A stretch of 64,000 nucleotides of DNA, taken from the NCBI RefSeq assembly GCF_009914755.1, contig NC_060929.1; one strand, 5' to 3'. The position numbers and the translations under genes are program-made. Positions 1 through 12,559 of this stretch are shown in pieces (position 1 is the first letter of the stretch; each line of letters begins with the position of its first letter). The notes below the pieces were generated by a model. The model was not told the DNA's origin and did no database searches. It was given only the letters and a program-made list of their open reading frames with translations. Source of the stretch: the human T2T-CHM13v2.0 reference genome, Homo sapiens.

Positions 1-1419
1 TAACACTTGCCAGCACTCAGCACAGTGTCTTGCTCTTTGTAGATTCTGAGCATACATTTGTAGGATGGTTGGGTTTGTTGTATTTCAAAATGTGTCTGTT
101 GATTATTAAAAATTAAAACTATGAGCTGTGTGATACCATTCTTAACCACACGTTGTTTTTTGAAATCTGTTCCAAAACATACAAATTCTCTTTTTCTTCT
201 TATTTTTTTTTGGGGGGTGGGGGGTGAGTGGGTGAAATAGTACAACAGAAACTATGAGTTATTTTTGATGTGGAAAGGAAAGCCTCACCCTGTAAGGAAG
301 CCATGTAGAGAATCTGTAATGAGAATAAAAGCAACCACCTCATCCTGGGCTCTAAGCTTCATGGCCCTTGAAGACTTAGGATTCCTTCACAATCAAGTGC
401 AAACAAGTCTGTGTCTTTTAAAAATAAAGCTCATTTTTTTTTTATGGGAGACAGTTTATAGTTTATCAAAAAGCTGGATTAAGGTGCTTAATAAATCATG
501 CTGCATAGAATGCAGGGACAAGAAAGCACGGTTGTCTAAAATAAAATATGTTAGGGATACAAGAAAAACACAGATGCTTAGTGTGATTCACAGAGTCTTT
601 ATGAAATAATCAGATAATATTTATTAATCATCTACCTAGCTAAAGTAGTGAAGAAATAAAAAGACACAGTGAATGTACACAGTCTGGCTGCTAGAGAATT
701 TCGTGCAAATCTTAGCATTTGAGCAAATTTTTTTTATGATTTAGAAGAAATGAATTAACACTCCCCATTACAAAAGCTAATTTATTTGTCTTAAGGCAAA
801 GGATATTTTTATAGCAGAAATATTATAAAATCAGCAGAGATGAATCCCAGCTTGTGGCCTCTTCGGCAGATGGTCAGTGTCTCACCTCACATCACTTTGG
901 TTGCACCATTTCCTGCACCATCTTGATTGGACTTCCAGTTCTCAAAAGTATTTCAGAGGCTGAAGTTCTGTTAGTGAGGTGACAAGGGAATTCTTACTCC
1001 TGACCTGATGACTCTACATGATTTATTGATTAGGTCAGACACAGAATTTCTACAGAACTGGAAAGTTGTCATTCAAATGACCCCTTGCTCTTACTTGGTC
1101 TAAGTGAATCCAAGCATGTTTTACAATTTCTCTTCCAATCATAAGCAGGGATATGATGATGAAAAAATCAGCAGCTAGGTGGACTTCAGTTAGCAAGGAA
1201 AGAAAAGCATGGTAGTGACTGCTTCATTTAGAACCCTATTGGTGTCACGAAAGGTCAGGAGGGGCAAGGAGTTAAGGTTACCAGGGAATAGGGGAAGTTA
1301 GGGTAATATATTTCTGCTTTGTGTTTTGCTGAAAGAATATCTCATCAATTTATTTTTGGACTGAGAAACAGAGTCACTTCTTTGATTTGGGAGGTATTTG
1401 CAGTGTTATCTATTGGGCA

Positions 1420-1448
1420 GTGTGTGTGTGTGTGTCTGTGTGTGTGTG
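1420..1448. repeat. (TG)n microsatellite with one interruption
   Basis: gtgtgtgtgtgtgtgtctgtgtgtgtgtg read directly. Confidence 0.9.
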
Positions 1449-1529
1449 GGTGTATATATATACATGCATGTGCTGAGCATTTTAAAGTAGGTCTTGTGGA
1501 TTACTCCTGGGGGCAAGCATGGGATGGCA

Positions 1530-1720
1530 GAATTTGTTTTGGCTTTGGAATTAAACAGAGCAGACCCAGCTTATCCTATTAGCTCTGCAATTTTTGACAA
1601 TTTACCACTAATTAGTTTTCCAAGTGTGTAAAATGGGAATAATAAAATCTATGTCTCGGTATTGTTACCAGTGGCCACAATACCCAGCACAGAAAGAGAA
1701 GTGCAGTAAACAGTTGTTCC
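1530..1720 (+). mobile_element. MIR SINE, degenerate
   Basis: ggctttggaattaaacaga...gtgtgtaaaatgggaataataaaatctatgtctc resembles the MIR core. Confidence 0.6.
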
Positions 1721-2157
1721 CTTTCCTCCCTTCCAAAAGCTTCTACTCATGCAGTGCCTCACTTAGAGTTCTGCACTTCTCTGACTCTGTGGAGGTGTGA
1801 GTTGTGTCTATGGGTTTAGCTCTCTGCAGACTTTAGGATACAGCCTGTTTCTAGACAGATAGAAGGAGCCAGGGACAAGAATTTATTAGCTTACCACCAA
1901 TTCAGCAGTACTACTGAGTCAACTCAGACTTTCTAACCAAAAAGTAGGTTTTGTCTTCTTTCTTGTGACCAAGACACTGCCTTGTACCTTTCTAGTTATC
2001 TGTCTTGATTCCTATCTTTTTGTCTTGAATCCATACTCCAGGGTTAAATAGTTGAACAGATATTTGTGAGGATCTAATACCCCTCAAGACTGAAATAAAA
2101 TCCCTGAATCTTCCCATATGTATTTCCCTCATCCCTGATTCTCGTTGCCTAGAAATT

Positions 2158-2203
2158 TTGGATATCTTTTTATCTGCTTCTTGGATATCTTCTTATCTGC
2201 TTC
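2158..2203. repeat. 23-bp tandem duplication (2 copies, 1 mismatch)
   Basis: ttggatatctttttatctgcttc / ttggatatcttcttatctgcttc. Confidence 0.9.
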
Positions 2204-2924
2204 ACTGTTCTGTCGCCATCTCCTTTTTTCCAACTATTGCTAGGCCTTGTCCATCTCTAATTTGATCCACTTTTAATTTAAACAAGATACTTTTTTAATA
2301 TAAGGTATTTGAGAAGATAGATCACCTACACATTATAAATGTTATAGTACAAAACAATTCATGACTAGAATACATAGGCAAACATTAGAATAGTCTTTAA
2401 TTCTGCCCTGTTTCCCACCATGTCCATCCTTTTCTATGCTAAGTCATAATGTTTCCACATAGAATCCTTTGAAATTTACTATCCTGTTTCCATTTTACTT
2501 GCTACTTCATTTTTTATTCTTTTTCGCTCATCACACTTGGACTATCACAAAACCTACTCGCTGGGCTGTCTGGCGACAATCATTGCTCTTGATTTCCACT
2601 AGATTTATCTGTCTAAAAGCTAGATATGGTCACATTATTATTCTGGACATCTCTTCTAGAACAAAACAGTTCCTATGCATGGAATTGAATGTCCTTTAAA
2701 ATCTACCCTAGTCAACCTATTCAGTCTCACTCAGTCCCTCTCTCTGCCATTTGCATTACTCATTTTTCCTTGAAGATATCATGTGGTGTCATTCTGTTGT
2801 GCCTTCTCCCTGTCCCTTCTGAAGTACTTTTCTTCACTGTGGAGCCTAGACAAATCCTACTAATTCTCTGCTCTCTTGCCCTATTTTAAAACCACACATG
2901 TGGTTATTTTACCATACCCGCATC

Positions 2925-3475
2925 ACCCCAGATTACTTTCTTAATGGCTCCACATACCATATAGGATAAAATTTTATAGTCTTTAATAAGAAGGACTATA
3001 AAGAATACCATGTTATACTTCCTACCCAAAGACTACTTTGATCTTGTCCTACTTACCCAACTAGACCCAAGAAGCTCCTCACATCCACTAAAGTCCCAGC
3101 TTCAATATTCCCATATATATAATGATATTTCAAACCTCCATACCTTTCCACATGCTGAGCCACAGATGAACTACACTCTGGCCATCTGTCAATTCTATCT
3201 TATTTTTCAAGTCTCAGTAGGACTTGTCTTTTCCTTGTGAAGCCATTCCTCACCCACTCAAGCAGGTGCCTGGCTCCCTGTTGCCCTCATTCCATATGTC
3301 TCTATTATTGCCCTTATCTCCCTGTCAGTCATTTTTTTAAATGAGGCCATCTTCCCTACTAGTGAGTGAACACTTTAAGGGGAGACATTGTGTCTTATTT
3401 TTATGTGTCCTTTTAGCATCTTGCACAGTACCCAGCTCATAATAGGTACTTAATATATATTATAAAATAAATAGA
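2925..3475 (+). mobile_element. L2 LINE 3' fragment
   Basis: Pyrimidine-rich L2 3' region ending gcacagtacccagctcataataggtacttaatatatat, like the L2 terminus. Confidence 0.65.
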
Positions 3476-3554
3476 AAAAAATCCTTTCTATGAAATCTTC
3501 CTAATCCTCTCATGTGTAACTAATTGGTTCTCTGCCTGAGTCCCATAGCAGCCA

Positions 3555-3755
3555 AGTCCCAAGGATTTAGAGTCAGCCCTCCTGGATTCCAATAATTGAC
3601 CTCCCAACTTACTAAAGAATAAATTTCTAAATTGCCAATCCTCAGTTTCCTCATCTCTAAATAACCTATATCTATGAAATGAGCAGATAATGCCAAATAA
3701 TAATCAGTTTATAGGGAAACGAACAGAGTAATGACACACAGTATTCAGTTAGCAA
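3555..3755 (+). mobile_element. MIR SINE
   Basis: ggatttagagtcag...cctcagtttcctcatctctaaa core motif. Confidence 0.65.
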
Positions 3756-3914
3756 GTCTTAGATCATGTAAATTTGCCATTGGCAGCAGTGGAAGTAGTG
3801 GTTATTATGTTATTAATGTATAATCCCATGTACTTTGTTCTGCCAGGTCATGATTATGTGAAGGCTGCTACTATTTATATTCATCTTTATATTCATAGAA
3901 CATTGCCTGTTAAT

Positions 3915-4100
3915 GGCTTATATATACATACATTAATGAACATATATATATGAAAGGATGTATATATATCAATTTATTCTTATATTTTATGCCATAATAC
4001 AATATATTATTTATATATTAATTTTATTCTCATGTTCTATCCCTATAGAATATGAGAATAAGAATATAGGTATACAACATAGAATAGAATTAATTCTAAG
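3915..4100. repeat. AT-rich low-complexity / (TA)-rich tract
   Basis: Runs of tatata and atagaa. Confidence 0.6.
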
Positions 4101-5469
4101 TATATTTGAAAATACAAAGAGTGCTAACAGCATACTGAAGACCATTTGAAGACCTAACCAGATCTAGTAGAAAAGAAAATTTAACTCGTGGAAATGTTGA
4201 GGCTTTCGATGAAGAGATATAGGACAGAGTGTAATGAGGGGTTATGAGAGGTGTATAAAGATAAATCAAAGTCTTCAAACTTCAGATACTTCAACCTGTG
4301 CTAACTGAGGGAAAGATTTCATCATGTGCCAATTATGATCAAGTAGACAGTCATAAAAATATGCCCACTAGTTTTTGAATTCTGGGAAATATCACCTACT
4401 TGAAACTGAACTCTTGGATCAAAATATAAAATTTATTGGTGTGTAACTTTGACTGTGAAAGTGAATCAAAACAGTCTCCCTAGCTCTGCCCCTTGGCTCC
4501 AGAAGCACTCTTCTAAGCCCTCAGGAAAGAATTTGTACATCTTTAGTCAGGAGACCTATATCATCTGCCAAAACAAGATTTCCTAGGTTTACTTCTAAAT
4601 ATAGCTTTAGTTTGGGTAATTTGCTATAATCAATTTTGAGGAACATTTAAACCCAATTTAATGTTTATTTTCTTTGCCAATTCTTGGTGCCTGCATAAAT
4701 GATGACTCTCATTCAAACTAGAAGATTACACACCTATTAAATATGTACATGCAAGTAAAATCACTGTACATCATATAAGCACAAATTTAACTCTGGAAGA
4801 TGTATTGCTTTCACTGATGCATTTATTCATTTGCTGAGAGTTTATTTTAGAGTATGCATGTATTAAATCTAACACTCAGAGAGATTCACTTTGAAAATTT
4901 CTTAATTTCCTAACAAAATAGTGCAATTATGAAAATTTCACTAATCTTATATTTACCATTGCTGGTATATTTTATGCTCAATTTTGAGCTTTGTGGTGAC
5001 TTTACAGCAACCATATTTATTTATAAAATTGTGTGTGCCAGTTCTAGGTTTATTGATATAGGACTATACTTATTTTATGTTTCCCAATTGCCTTATATTT
5101 AGTAAATTTGACAAAGGTAGCTGTCTGCCAAAGAATAGAAGTAAAAGTTTTGAAGGACATCTTTTCAAAGCACCTGATATTGACAATGAGACCTAAAGAC
5201 CAGGATTACAAAGGTGAGGCTGAAAGTACCTCATTTCCAATGGGCATAGTTAAAAGTCACCGTAAGCAGGAGCCTAGAAGTAGATGGCTAAAGTGTATCT
5301 GAGACATGGTAGAAGCAAGTTTATTCTTCAGAGATCAGGTTTAAGGATTGAGATGGGTAGAAGTCATGTTTACATGCACTGCAGTCAAATTAAAAGACTG
5401 TCCCAAACAAGGGACAAAAACAAACACACATGGGGAGAAAAAAAGATGATATAACCTATAATGTCAGGT

Positions 5470-5665
5470 ATTAAGGTTGTAAACTAGAGGACAGAAGGTG
5501 GGATCCGGCTGACAGGTATAGCTGGGCAGTGGGTTTGGTTGTGTATTTTTAAATTTTAAATATAAATTAATTAAAACCTCATGAAATGTTTTAAAATTAG
5601 AGGGTATGCCACGAAATGCACATGCCTGGCTTCTCTTTATGAATCAGGAGTTCTTGAAGATACCA
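5470..5665 (+). mobile_element. MER102-like hAT-Charlie fragment
   Basis: ggatccggc...cctggcttctctttatgaatcaggagttct resembles MER102 ccggcttctcttgaaaaatcggaagatct. Confidence 0.4.
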
Positions 5666-5702
5666 TGTGAAAAGTTTCTAAGCCTGAGAGGTCATTACGT
5701 CC

Positions 5703-5828
5703 TGGGATGATTGTGCACTCAAGTTTGCCCAGGACAGTCCATTTTTACACCTCTTAATATGGCATAATTATTAATAACACTCTCTATTTTCAAAGTGTTC
5801 TGCCTTGGAGAATAAATGTGTCACTCTC
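5703..5828. mobile_element. MER94-like hAT-Blackjack MITE
   Basis: gtttgcccaggacagtcc...ggcataattattaata...caaagtgt...gtcactct follows the MER94 layout. Confidence 0.65.
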
Positions 5829-6086
5829 CTCTAAGGGGAGGTATACACCACTGCACACCTCACAGTCTCTATCTCTCCTTTTATAAGTCTTTTATATCCA
5901 GAGAGCTCGAAATATTAGCTTTAAATGCCTTGCTTCTGGAAGTATTTGAGTTTGTCACTCCTACTCTTGGCCAACAATTAGAAGTCATAAATTGGAAAGT
6001 TTTTGAGATAGTCAGTCATTTTGATGACCAAAAACTTGCAGGTCAAAATGCACAGGTTGAGGTTTAGATTTAGAAGAGAATAACAA

Positions 6087-6400
6087 GGCTAGACACGGTA
6101 GCTGATGCCTATAATCCCAGCACTTTTGGAGGCTGAGACGGGTGGATCACTTGAGGTCAGGAGTTTGAGACCAGCCTGGCCAACATGGCGAAACCCTCTC
6201 TCTACTAAAAATACAAAAAGCGGCCAGGCGTGGTGGCGCATGCCTGTAATCCCAGCTACTCGGGAGACGGAGGCAGGGGAATCACTTGAACCTGGGAGGT
6301 GGAGGTTTCAGTGAGCGGAGATCCTGCCACTGGACTCCAGCCTGGGCAACAGAGTGAAGCTCTGGTCTCAAAAAAAAAAAAAAAAAAAAGGAAAAAAAAA
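6087..6400 (+). mobile_element. Full-length AluS (Sx/Sz-like)
   Basis: Both monomers, A-rich linker and poly(A); degenerate TSD aagagaataacaa / aaaagcataacaa. Confidence 0.95.
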
Positions 6401-6499
6401 GCATAACAAGTGGCAGCATGAACTTCAAGGTAAATGTTACAAGGAAGAACCCTGATAAAACCGATCTAAATCTCACTATTATACAGTTCCCAAAGAATG

Positions 6500-6815
6500 G
6501 ATAGAGGAAACTGGGATCCCACAAGCCACATCCGGCTTGCATGTTGTTGTTATTTGACATCGTCTGTTTTCTTTTTATTTAAATGAGGACATTTTACATT
6601 TTAAAAAAAATAATAATTTCTAGCTTGTCTTGAAAAACTGGAAGATCTGGCAATTCCGGGTTCATATTCTCACAATAGTAACTGAGGATAAGGTTTGCTA
6701 GAGCCTGCCCCACTTTAGATGGACACACAGTCTCCCAATCACCACAGTGTAAATAGAATGATTCATTCATTTACTGTACATGCCTGGCTGCTGGAGGCCC
6801 GAGTTTTCATCTTCA
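6500..6815 (+). mobile_element. MER102 hAT-Charlie element
   Basis: cttgaaaaactggaagatctggcaa, gccccactttagat, tcatttactgtacatgcctggc match recalled MER102 blocks. Confidence 0.7.
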
Positions 6816-7038
6816 GAGGGGGAGGCAGGCATCAATCCCTAAGCATCACACTCAGACCCACAAGATTGTTTAAAACCTGATTGAGATGGGGGGCCAGTTT
6901 GGAGAGAAACGAGGAGCTTTTGAGGTCCACCCTTTCACACCACAATGGACTCTATACTACTTTTAATAGTATAAATGACTCAATAGCCATAAAGAGGGAG
7001 TAACAATAAGAAAAGTACTTTAACAATACTTACTGGCA

Positions 7039-7349
<311 letters not shown>

Positions 7350-7520
7350 CTATTGCCTCTCTGTATTTCATCTGGTGACATGCTCCAACATGAGTGTTAT
7401 CTCATTTGTCTCTCACAGCAATGCTCAGGGGTAAATTATATTTTCATCCCTATTCTATAGATAAGGAATTCAGCTGTTCATGCCAGAACCAACTCCAAAA
7501 CCCAATCCCTTAACCATCAT
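7350..7520 (-). mobile_element. MIR SINE
   Basis: atctcatttgtctctcacagcaa...catccctattctatagataaggaa (antisense MIR core). Confidence 0.6.
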
Positions 7521-8824
7521 GCTTAAGAAGTTCCTATCTTATATAAAGCACTGCAGTGATCCACACAGCCTAGAATTTCTTCCTTAGGGATTTTTTATTT
7601 CTTTTTCTTAAGTAGAACTTAGGTGCAATATCTTCTCCAATCCTCTGAGTAGTTCCTCTGTCCTGTAGTACTGTGTGGTAGTGAATGCCACAAGGAAGTT
7701 AAACCTCCCACCTAAAACACTCAGAGACTTCTCATTGTTCCTTTATTGTCAGAAAGCGAAGGTACTGATTTGAAATTCACTGATTGTTTCTGGAACATTG
7801 CTATTCAAATGACTCACCTCTATACGGTTTGTCATCCAATCACACCAGCCTGAATTTTGCCATCATTTCCCTTAACTCAGCATCACATTCTGTGTACATA
7901 TGTGGTCCACATTTAGCTCAACTCTTTTCTATGCCCTTCATGCTGACTTTTGCAAAATTCATAACATTGTCACCTGCACTCTGGGTTGTAAGACAAGTAG
8001 ACTTTGATCATGTATGTGCCCTATAAGTAAATGTAATTGCATTTAATATTCACCAGTTCTGCCACTTTCTGATAGCTGTAATGAAATTAAATGACTCACA
8101 GCTTCTATGTTGCAGGAGAATGGGAACATCATAATTTTTCTTCCTTAGCTAGTGATAATATTCTTTTCGATTCACCCAATTTGAGGAAAAAATATGCCAG
8201 AGAAAGAATAGCAACATCTTGGCAAAGGTTAGAGTTAATACTATATTCTAGCTCAAGGAAATGATTTAAATTTCTATCTCGGTATTTTCTTCCATATTGA
8301 ACACCAGGGTTGCCTCCTCAGAATCTATTTTACCACTGCTCTATCATGTAGCAGCATCAGTATGGAGGGCGTGCCAGAGCCCAGCTTTGGCTCCAGGTAG
8401 CCCTGGTTACTATAATTTCAGCAATATAGTTCCATGTCCCTTGCTCAAACATGGGTTCTGCAATGGGCATATCACCTAAACTGCTCTTATTAGAATGAAG
8501 TACAGAAATTTTCATCAATTTGGGGAATAAAAGAAGCCTCATTTTTTTTTCTTCACAGAGTGGTTTAAGAACAAACATGGGAAATTGGTGTACCCATTGC
8601 TTGATGGTATTAAGAAAGCCATTCTGAGCCTGAAGTTGACACATGGAGAAAGGCAGAGTTAAAAAGCAATGTGAGCTTCTAGACTAAACCATAGCTGAAG
8701 TCCACTTTATCATCTTATGATGGTAATATAAGCTAATAATTTTTAAATTTTTTTGGAAACCTCACTGATACACCTTCTAAAAGCAAAAATAGTGATCATT
8801 AGTGTTAATAAAAATATCGAGCTC

Positions 8825-9733
8825 CAAAAACTTGATGACCAAAACACCAAAAGCAATTGCAACAAAAGCCAAAATTGACAAATGGGATCTAATCAAACTG
8901 AAGAGCCTCTGCACAGCAAAAGAAACTACCATCGGAGTGAACAGGCAACCTACAGAATAGGAGAAAATTTTTGTAATCTACCCATCTGACAAAGGGCTGA
9001 TATCCAGAATCTACCAAGAACTTAAACAAATTTACAAGAAAAAAACAAACAACCCCATCAAAAAGTGGGTGTTGGATATGAACAGGAAATGTCTTCTTTT
9101 GAGAAGAACATAGGTCAACAAACATAGGAAAAAAGCTCATCATCACTGGTCATTGGAGAAATGCAAATCAAAATCACAAAGAGATACCATCTCATGCCAA
9201 TTAGAAATGGCGATTATTAAAAAGTCAGGAAACAACAGATGCTGGCGAGGCTGTGGAGAAATGGGAACGCTTTTACACTGTTGGTGGGAGTGTAAATTAG
9301 GTCAACCATTGTGGAAGACAGTGTAGCGATTCCTCAAAGATCTAAAACAAGAAACACCATTTGACCCAGCAATCCCATTACTGAGTATATGACAAAAGGA
9401 TTATAAATCATTCTACTATAAAGACACACGCATACGTATGTTTACTGCAGCACTACTCATAATAGCAAAGACTTGGAACCAACCCAAATGCCCATCAGTG
9501 ATAGACGGGGTAAAGAAAATGTGGCACATATACACCATGGAATACTATGCAGCCATAAAAAGAATGAGTTCATGTCCTTTGCAGGGACATGGATGAAGCT
9601 GGAAACCATCATTCTCAGCAAAGTAACACAGGAAGAGAAAACCAAACACTGCATGCTCTCACTCATAAGTGAGAGTTGAACAATGAGAACACATGGACAC
9701 AGGGAGTGGAACATCACACACTGGGGCCTGTTG
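8825..9733 (+). mobile_element. 5'-truncated L1PA (about PA7/PA8): end of ORF2 plus part of 3'UTR, disrupted
   Basis: aaaacaccaaaagcaattgcaacaaaagccaaaattgacaaatgggatct...gggacatggatgaagctggaaaccatcattctcagc...acatcacacactggggcctgttg; ORF 9473-9679 translates ORF2 C-terminal residues ([20 protein letters not shown]). Confidence 0.93.
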
Positions 9734-10053
9734 GGCTGGGCGCAGTGGCTCACACCTGTAATCCCAGCACTTAGGGAGGACAAGGTGGGTGTATCACCTG
9801 AGGTCAGGAGTTCGAAACCAGCCTGGTCAACATGGCGAAACCCAGGCTCTATTAAAAATAGAAAAACTAGCCAAGCACAGTGGTGCACACTACTTGGGAT
9901 AATACCATCATCCCAGCTACTTGGGAGGCTGAGGCATTGCTTGAACCAAGGAGGCAAAGGTTGCAGTGAGCCGAGATCATGGCACTGCACTCCAGCCTGG
10001 GTGGCAGAACAAGACTCCGTCTCAAAAAAAAAAAAAAAAAAAAAAAAGAAAAA
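9734..10053 (+). mobile_element. AluS (Sx-like) fused directly to the L1 3'UTR
   Basis: ggctgggcgcagtggctcacacctgtaatcccagc...gactccgtctc plus long poly(A). Confidence 0.95.
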
Positions 10054-11500
10054 GCAGTTTGGAAAACTGGTTGCTGTTTGTGGCACATTGCTACAACTTC
10101 ATGAGATAGGATTCATACCTATTTTTCTCTATTGTATTTATATAAAGAGCTAGCAAAGTAGGCATTCTGCAAATATATGTTAATTAACATGTACATCAAG
10201 TGAAGATGTTCCAGCTTTTACAGTTGACCTGAGAAAAAGTGTTTACCAAAAATATATCTTATTTATAGAACGCAGTTGACATGAGTTTGATGACATTGCA
10301 ATTCATCCACTCTCAGTGATTTTATTTTCTTTTTTGAGAACAAATTTTAATTAGTCAAAACCCGTTAGCAAGGGAATATACAGGCAGAGCTTAGAGATAA
10401 AACCTTAAGTATGCAGATGGTCAGTATTCAGCTCTTCTCAAGGTGACTTTTGAATCGTTCCTCATAATCTTTGCTACATTTACAGGAAGACTAAACCAGT
10501 TAATCAAAACATGAGTGATTTCTTTAACTAAAGGAGTTTAGGTGTGATGATTAAAAGGACAGGTAAGAAAACTAATTAATGATCCTGACCACAGAAATGT
10601 ATTGCTACTGCCCAGTTGTGAACTAAGTACAATGTTGCCCACATTTGGCTTATATTTAAACCATTTGATTATATAAAATACCTGGAAGGGTTTCCCAGTG
10701 CACATGTATCCATTAGGGGGAAATTAGATAATTTAGGTGTCATGCAAAGATTTGTGCTATTCCATGGGTAAATCCATATATGCAAGGAAGGAATGAGGAC
10801 TGTGAACTTACAGATGTCCCTCTCTTGAATACATTGTTACGTGACAGTTGCATTTTGAATAATGTATAACTTTCCAAAAATGATTATATTAGAACCTATG
10901 AAAATAATATTTCTTCACACATTCAACATGTAACTCGATATCAGCAAGTTTGAATTATGTACATATAAATATAACCACAAGATAAAGATTTATGATATAT
11001 TTGTATGTGTTCATGTTTTATATATATATGCACTTATGTAGATTTACATGTACTCATACAAACACACATATTTATAATTTTGTATAAAACAAGAGAGTCG
11101 TACCTATTCTTGTATTTAAGGAAAAGACTATAAACTGACACCATCACAGGTACGATCTCAAAGTTAGAAACCTTTCATCTTTCTGTAGGGACTTGCGCAC
11201 TGCATCTGAAGGACCCCTTTGTAAACATCCTCCAGGATGAGTTAGGAATAGCAGATGAGGCTTGTGTGCTTCTAGCAAGACCGCATGAGAGAAGGTGGTA
11301 ATTTATCTCTCCTTCTTTATGCTGCAGAGATAAAGAAGAACTGGAATTAATCCACTCAAGCATATGAGGAAGAGAAAACTTAGTTTCACAAGTAATCAAA
11401 TTATTATACTGTCTTGTACCAGTACATCACAGGAAACAAATTTCTGTTTACATTTTCAAACTGAAATATTGCAAAAGTAAAATTACTACCCCCGCCCCGA

Positions 11501-11800
11501 GGCCGGGCACGGTGGCTCACGCCTGTAGTCCCAGCACTTTGGGAGGCCGAGGAGGGCGGATCACCAGGTCAGGAGATTGAGACCATCCTGGCTAACACGG
11601 TGAAACCCCGTCTCTACTAAAAATACAAAAAATTAGCTGGGCGTGGTGGCAGGCGCCTGTAGTCCCAGCTACTCGGGAGGCTGAGGCAGGAGAATGGCCT
11701 GAACCCGGGAGGCGGAGCTTCCAGTGAGCCGAGATCGCCGCTGCGCTCCAGCCTGGGCGACAGAGTGAGACTCCATCTCAAAAAAAAAAAAAAAAAAAAA
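11501..11800 (+). mobile_element. Full-length AluY
   Basis: AluY diagnostics gagaccatcctggctaacacggtgaaaccccgtc and ggagaatggc...gcggagctt; A21 tail. Confidence 0.95.
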
Positions 11801-12559
11801 TTCCCCCCCAACCACACACACATAATGTTTTCCCATGATGTTTCTATTGCAGTTACTATACAGATTTACTTTCCACCAGAATTTTGAAAGCAAATGGACC
11901 CAGAAAATTGTCAGAAGCTTGAATCTGACTTGTAGCCATGTTTCACGTTTAAGAGGCCCAAGACTCCAAGACTTCTGCCTCGCATTTATGGTGATCTTGA
12001 ATTACAACTGAGTTGAAATAGTATTTTTCTAGGCATCTTGTAATATATATTCTGAGTGGGAAAGATGGAATAGGTCATTATTCAGAACAATTTACTCCTA
12101 GATGATGGATCATAAGAATCACCGCTGGGCAATCACTCATTCTTAGCCAAGATAGGCAGCATTTGGAATACAGGTTGACAAGAAAGTCTGAAGTGACATT
12201 TGTGCCCTGCCAATACCACCATCATCATGCAGTGCTCCTTTCTCATTTTCTTATAGCGGTCATGGAGGCTGAGCACAAAGAATAAACGACTTGAGAGAAA
12301 TGAAAAAATATGTTGTCACAGTACCAAAGCTGGAGCAGGATGCATAAGACCAATATTAATGTATTCATCTTGTTGGTACAATGAAAAAGAGGCCAATTCC
12401 AAAGATTTTAGATATCATCCGAATATTAGGAGATGAAAACAAGATCAAAACCAACATTGCTGAGAAACACGCCATGAAAAAGCAAATAATTTTGTAAAAG
12501 AAAAGACCTTATCCAACCCAACCTTCAGGCCCCATTCTACACAAAGAACAACTTTTGTG

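Noticed and set aside
265-609. 114-aa ORF and other 60-120 aa ORFs in unique DNA
   Set aside because: No recognisable domains, many start at TTG/GTG, and lengths are as expected by chance over 64 kb
9457-10153. Long ORFs of 209 aa (-) and 156 aa (+)
   Set aside because: They lie entirely in the L1 3' end and Alu; poly-F/poly-K runs and Alu-type peptides mark them as repeat read-through
11220-11232. tgtaaacatcctc, identical to the first 13 nt of miR-30a-5p
   Set aside because: The match stops at nt 13 and no complementary arm forms a pre-miRNA; likely chance
11189-11294. Plus-strand exon-like segment with a good acceptor and one open frame (TCALHLKDPFVNILQDELG...)
   Set aside because: Weak donor, no recognisable protein similarity and no partner exons
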